From contig CAVQMM010000001.1 in NCBI GenBank assembly GCA_963713615.1, positions 1,184,001 through 1,248,000 of the forward strand: a stretch of DNA of 64,000 bases. Direction: 5' to 3'. Source of the stretch: an uncultured Chlamydiae bacterium. Its GTDB lineage: Bacteria; Chlamydiota; Chlamydiia; Chlamydiales; JAJFMA01. Shown here piece by piece: positions 60,109-64,000 of this stretch (position 1 is its first letter; each line of letters opens with the position of its first letter). Made by a program: the position numbers and the translations under genes. The notes under the pieces were generated by a model. It ran no database searches. It was given only the letters and a program-made list of their open reading frames with translations, and was not told the origin of the DNA.

Positions 60109-60335
60109 TCACAATCGTATCTCGGCGCGCAGCGCTTTGGAGTGCGGTCGCTTGCGACCGCTTTTCGTTCTTTGTGATGGTCCTGTGAAACGGCATCACT
60201 ATCATTCGCTAAGGGTAAACGGGTTAGTACATGCAGCCTAACCGAATCCATACGATGCCGTTTAGCACTGCCGTCGCAAGGAACCAAAGCGGTCGCAAGC
60301 GACCGCACTCCAAAGTCTCCAAAGCGCTGCGCGCC
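60109..60335. repeat. REPIN-like element (family A, spacer type 2)
   Basis: Arms as at 45497; spacer is the reverse complement of the 45497 spacer. Confidence 0.85.
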
Positions 60336-60357
60336 AATATTAACACATTCATATTGT

Positions 60358-61881
60358 CTATGTGGGATTAAGGTCTGGCAGCCTGTCCTTTCCCTCTTTT
60401 TGAATCGTTGTCACGGGTGGCGATGGCGATTTTTTGGGCGTAGCAGTCGGCGGTTGTATCGGCTTTTGAGAGGGGCCTTTAGTCAAGCTAGCGATTTTTC
60501 TGTGCAATGTGAATCCCCAAAGCAGCACAGCTATTAGAAAAAATGTCAGAATTCCAATGATCCCATAAAGTAAGAAGGGAAAGCGATCAGAAGAAATGGG
60601 CGGTTCCGTAACTCCTGTTGTAGCGTGAGTAGAAGGAATCTCCTGAGAAGCAGAAGTTGCTGTTTCCAAGGCTGGTAGAATTTGAACTGTGCGCTCGGGA
60701 ATCGTAGAGGTCCTTTTTTCCTTTTTGGCGCTATCCCACCAGCTGATGGAAATTTCAGGCAGCACCCATGCTCCAGCCTGTTGAGGGATCAAAGTGTATT
60801 GCTCTTTACGCATACTATGGATGATGCCTTGCAACACTTTTTCCTGTTCGTCGGGCTTGTCAGCATAGACTTTAAACGTTGAACTTTGACTTTGTAAATC
60901 CCCTAAATGGGGAAGTTGGCTTGCTTTGAGACCTTCAGCTTCAATCAGGAAACCGCGCGAAAAAGGCTCTCCTACGCGCAGTGTCTGATCGCTTGGCCAC
61001 TGCTCTTCCAGGGTAAGTGCTTTTGCTGGTAGCCATGGCGACACCTCCGAGATGGCAGGCTGCACATCGAGTTGAATCTCTTCAGTCATCATAGTGAAGG
61101 GCTTAACCCGCTCAAAGCCTTGCAGGAAAGCGAAGGGATCGACATCGTCGTTAAAGAAGGAGCTAAATTGTCCTTTTCGTTTTTGCGGTATTGCTCCTTG
61201 AATAGCTATAGGGGGGATCGTTAGGGAACCAGTTTTTAAGGGGGTGATGAGATAGGTAAATTCAATGACATTAAGCCAAACCCCTCCAATCATCTTCTCT
61301 TCTAATTTTGGTTCCTTTAGAAGTTCCACAATGGCGTCTTCCAGCTGCACTTTCTGTGTTTGAACATTATAAAGTGACGTATTCGAGGTGAGAAATACCG
61401 TATAGATGAGAGGTTCATTCTTGTAAGGAGAAGCGTTGCTCACCTTGGCGATGACGCTCAGCCCGACGCTATCCACATTGGATTTGGGAGCATAGCCTTT
61501 GATAATATTTAATGCGATCGGCTGGGTGGAAAGAAGGCCCTCCGCTGTATCGACAGTAATAGGAGGGATCTGTACGGCCCCATCTATCTTGGGGGTTAAA
61601 GAGAGCTTCCAGGTGATGCTTGAAGAGACCTTCCCATTGACAATTGTTGTATTGCTTGAGTGCTGTTGTGATTGGATCAAAAAATATTTCTTTAAGGCTG
61701 AGACAGCCGGAGCCCCTTTCGGAGAGGTGTCTTTAAGGGTAAGATTTAGGGAAAAACTTTCACTCAAGTACACCTGCTTACTGCTGACGCTGGCAGTAAA
61801 TTCGCCCGCCTCGAGAAAAACAGCAGAAGTTAAGCTTAAAAAGAATGCTGATAAGGCGATAAAAAACGTCTTTTTTACCAT
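60358..61881 (-). CDS. batD: BatD-family protein
   Basis: Signal peptide, Ig-like domains, WLPA..L.L and a C-terminal TM segment; follows VWA genes. Confidence 0.8.
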   Translation of the reverse strand: MVKKTFFIALSAFFLSLTSAVFLEAGEFTASVSSKQVYLSESFSLNLTLKDTSPKGAPAVSALKKYFLIQSQQHSSNTTIVNGKVSSSITWKLSLTPKIDGAVQIPPITVDTAEGLLSTQPIALNIIKGYAPKSNVDSVGLSVIAKVSNASPYKNEPLIYTVFLTSNTSLYNVQTQKVQLEDAIVELLKEPKLEEKMIGGVWLNVIEFTYLITPLKTGSLTIPPIAIQGAIPQKRKGQFSSFFNDDVDPFAFLQGFERVKPFTMMTEEIQLDVQPAISEVSPWLPAKALTLEEQWPSDQTLRVGEPFSRGFLIEAEGLKASQLPHLGDLQSQSSTFKVYADKPDEQEKVLQGIIHSMRKEQYTLIPQQAGAWVLPEISISWWDSAKKEKRTSTIPERTVQILPALETATSASQEIPSTHATTGVTEPPISSDRFPFLLYGIIGILTFFLIAVLLWGFTLHRKIASLTKGPSQKPIQPPTATPKKSPSPPVTTIQKEGKDRLPDLNPT

Positions 61882-63674
61882 GGATCAACTTCCTCTTTGG
61901 TGCCATTTTTCTTGGATTCGAGATAGAATTTGTTCTTTAAGAATGACTTAGGATCGTTTTTAATCTGATTCAGCCAAAGATCGGCATCCAGATCCTCTTG
62001 AGAACGAGGCGTTGGCTTTTCTCTCTCTTGCTGAGGAGACGATGTCTGCTGTTGCGGTTGTTGTGCTTCTTCCTTATCTTGTGGCGGCTCCTTTTCTTGG
62101 GAAGATTCTTCCGAATCAGAGTGTTCTTGCTCTGGAGCGTTGTCAGCCTCTTTTTCGTCAGGGGTAGAATCTCTTTGGGGCCGCTCGTCCGATTGCTCCT
62201 CTGTATTCTGCTCTTGTTCCTGCTGATCTTGCTTATTTTCTTGCTGGTCTAAGTCTTCTTGACGATTTTGGTTGTCACCCTGCTGTTGCTGGCCTTGTTG
62301 TTCGAGCATTTTCTTGACCAGTTCCAGGTTCTCCATGGCTTGCGTATGGTCGGGCCATTTTTCGAGCACATCTTCGTAAGCAACGATGGCATCGTGTAGT
62401 CTATTTTGTTGCACGAGGGCATTACCTAAATTATAAGCTGCCCTGGAGGCTACTTCTGGACGTGTTGATTGTCGAAACATCTCTTCAGCGGCTGCATAGT
62501 CGCCCATGCGATAGTAAGCGACTCCTTTTCTATAAGGATCCTGGAAGGCATGACCAGCAGTCGTGTAGTCTCCATTTTCATAAGCCTGATTGGCCTGCTG
62601 TTCTGCATTACAAAAACAATGACTCAGGGACGCTTGGGAGTAGGTAGGCATGATACTAAAGAGCAGAAGAGCGAAAATATAACCTCTTCGATACCACCAG
62701 AGAAAGAAAGGAAGAACGGGCAGAAGAAACAGATAGAAGTGCTCTTCCCAAAGCCGCTGGGTCTTATGCACCTCTTGTTGTATATCGGCGCGTTTTTCTA
62801 GATCTTCAAAGATGAGAGCTACCTCCTCTGCATGGTTGGCGTCGAAATAACGCCCATGCCCAATTTTGCTGATCTCACGAAATTTCTCCTTTTCTAACCT
62901 GGAGATGATCGGAGAGCCATTTTTTTTGATTACAGTGCCCTGGCGATCTTTAAGAGGGGCTCCCTCTAAGGAGCCCACTCCGATGGTGTAAAGAACGATC
63001 CCTTTCTCTGCCAGCCTTTTGGCAGTGTGGATAGCGCTAGCATCTTCAAAACCCCCATCGCTAATCACGACGATTGCCTTGTTACTACCGGGCTCGTTTT
63101 CTAACATTGTGGCAGCCATCTCAAGGGCTGGTGCTAACTTACTTCCTTGCACATAGACAAGATCGGTATCTAGTGAAGGCAGAAGATGGCGAATCGTTTC
63201 TTTATCCTCGGTCATGGGGACGATCATATGAGGATCAGCAGCAAAGGCGATAAGGCCGATTTTAGCTCCCTTGGACATGTTGAGAAGGTCCTCAACTTTT
63301 TGCTTGGCACGTCCTAGACGTGAAGGAGAAACATCTTTAACATTCATCGACTCAGAAAGATCGAGGAGGATTGCAAGATTTTGATCACGCGTAAAAGTGG
63401 CCATTTCGCGAAAATTCCAGCGAGGGCCAGCAAAAGCGAGCACTAGGCAGCTCCAGACGAATGACCAGAACAATAGGTGAGGCCACAGCCTTGTTTTATT
63501 GCGCTCCCCTCCTAGAATAAGATAGGGGATAAGATGTTTATCGATGAACTTCTCTAGCTGATGGAGAGGTTGTTGTCCTCGATAATAAAGAAAAAAAAGA
63601 CCCCATATTAGAGGAATGACAAGCAGCGTCCAAAGCCAAAAGGGATGAGCAAAGTGCATTTGACTAAGATCCAT
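61875..63674 (-). CDS. VWA plus TPR protein (BatB/BatC fusion) with a Gln/Glu-rich linker
   Basis: DLSESM MIDAS motif, PSRL, SDGG, YNLGNAL TPR, and a WL..I..DP...L..KF..W end. Confidence 0.85.
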   Translation of the reverse strand: MDLSQMHFAHPFWLWTLLVIPLIWGLFFLYYRGQQPLHQLEKFIDKHLIPYLILGGERNKTRLWPHLLFWSFVWSCLVLAFAGPRWNFREMATFTRDQNLAILLDLSESMNVKDVSPSRLGRAKQKVEDLLNMSKGAKIGLIAFAADPHMIVPMTEDKETIRHLLPSLDTDLVYVQGSKLAPALEMAATMLENEPGSNKAIVVISDGGFEDASAIHTAKRLAEKGIVLYTIGVGSLEGAPLKDRQGTVIKKNGSPIISRLEKEKFREISKIGHGRYFDANHAEEVALIFEDLEKRADIQQEVHKTQRLWEEHFYLFLLPVLPFFLWWYRRGYIFALLLFSIMPTYSQASLSHCFCNAEQQANQAYENGDYTTAGHAFQDPYRKGVAYYRMGDYAAAEEMFRQSTRPEVASRAAYNLGNALVQQNRLHDAIVAYEDVLEKWPDHTQAMENLELVKKMLEQQGQQQQGDNQNRQEDLDQQENKQDQQEQEQNTEEQSDERPQRDSTPDEKEADNAPEQEHSDSEESSQEKEPPQDKEEAQQPQQQTSSPQQEREKPTPRSQEDLDADLWLNQIKNDPKSFLKNKFYLESKKNGTKEEVDPW

Positions 63675-64000
63675 GGAGTGCTCTCCGGTGGTATAATAGC
63701 TGAGACAGAGTGAGAGCCAGCAAGACAAGTAGAGAAAGGCTTAAAGGATATTGATAAAGCGGCTCGCGAATCAGAAAGAGAGTTTCATTAGCCTCGCTCT
63801 TTTCAAGCCCATCGATTTTAGCATAGATCGAAGCGAGCATTTTCTGGTTGGTTGCCGAAAAATACTGCCCTCCGGTTTCTTTAGCGATCTCGCTCAATAA
63901 TTCCTCATCCATAGATACCTCTGCCATGCTGTAACCGCCCATCTGATTAGGAAAGGGCACTAAGCCTTTTTTGCCTATGCCAATGGTGTAGATGCGTATG
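63664..64000 (-). CDS. BatA-like VWA protein, C-terminal part
   Basis: IRIYTIGIG, DEELLSEIAKETGGQYF and IYAKIDGLEK. Confidence 0.85.
   Translation of the reverse strand, partial: IRIYTIGIGKKGLVPFPNQMGGYSMAEVSMDEELLSEIAKETGGQYFSATNQKMLASIYAKIDGLEKSEANETLFLIREPLYQYPLSLSLLVLLALTLSQLLYHRRALHGS

Noticed and set aside
5381..60335. Recurrent repeats as a possible CRISPR array
   Set aside because: The copies are dispersed inverted pairs rather than tandem direct repeats with unique spacers, and no cas genes are present
62000..62310. Gln/Glu-rich low-complexity tract
   Set aside because: Normal linker of BatB/BatC-type proteins

Overview
64-kb chromosomal window of an environmental chlamydia (phylum Chlamydiota, inferred from the kdsB-pyrG-yqgF order, waaA, fused aroDE, three oppA copies, a SycD/LcrH chaperone, TMEM14 and Inc-like membrane proteins). 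The backbone is housekeeping: thrS-like-infC-rpmI-rplT-pheS, trxB, acpS, rimO, aroDE/aroK, oppAAA-BCDF, lemA/htpX, waaA, kdsB, pyrG, a bat operon and three tRNAs. Six things stand out. (1) The ThrRS homolog at the ancestral position upstream of infC has lost its zinc, catalytic and editing residues but is still an intact ORF. (2) A tRNA-Met-anchored, integrase-less 3.7-kb islet carries an NYN/LabA RNase gene preceded by a promoter and a short two-hairpin RNA with complementary loops and a terminator, an architecture like a type III toxin-antitoxin locus. (3) An internally deleted group IIC intron with both ends intact is inserted into the stem of a palindromic mini-element. (4) Many intergenic spaces hold nested REP/REPIN and MITE elements from several families, several with readable target-site duplications. 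(5) One palindromic MITE is inserted in frame between the start codon and the signal peptide of an oppA gene. (6) A 766-aa protein has a SopB/IpgD-like CX5R phosphatase motif. All calls come from reading the sequence; no database searches were run.
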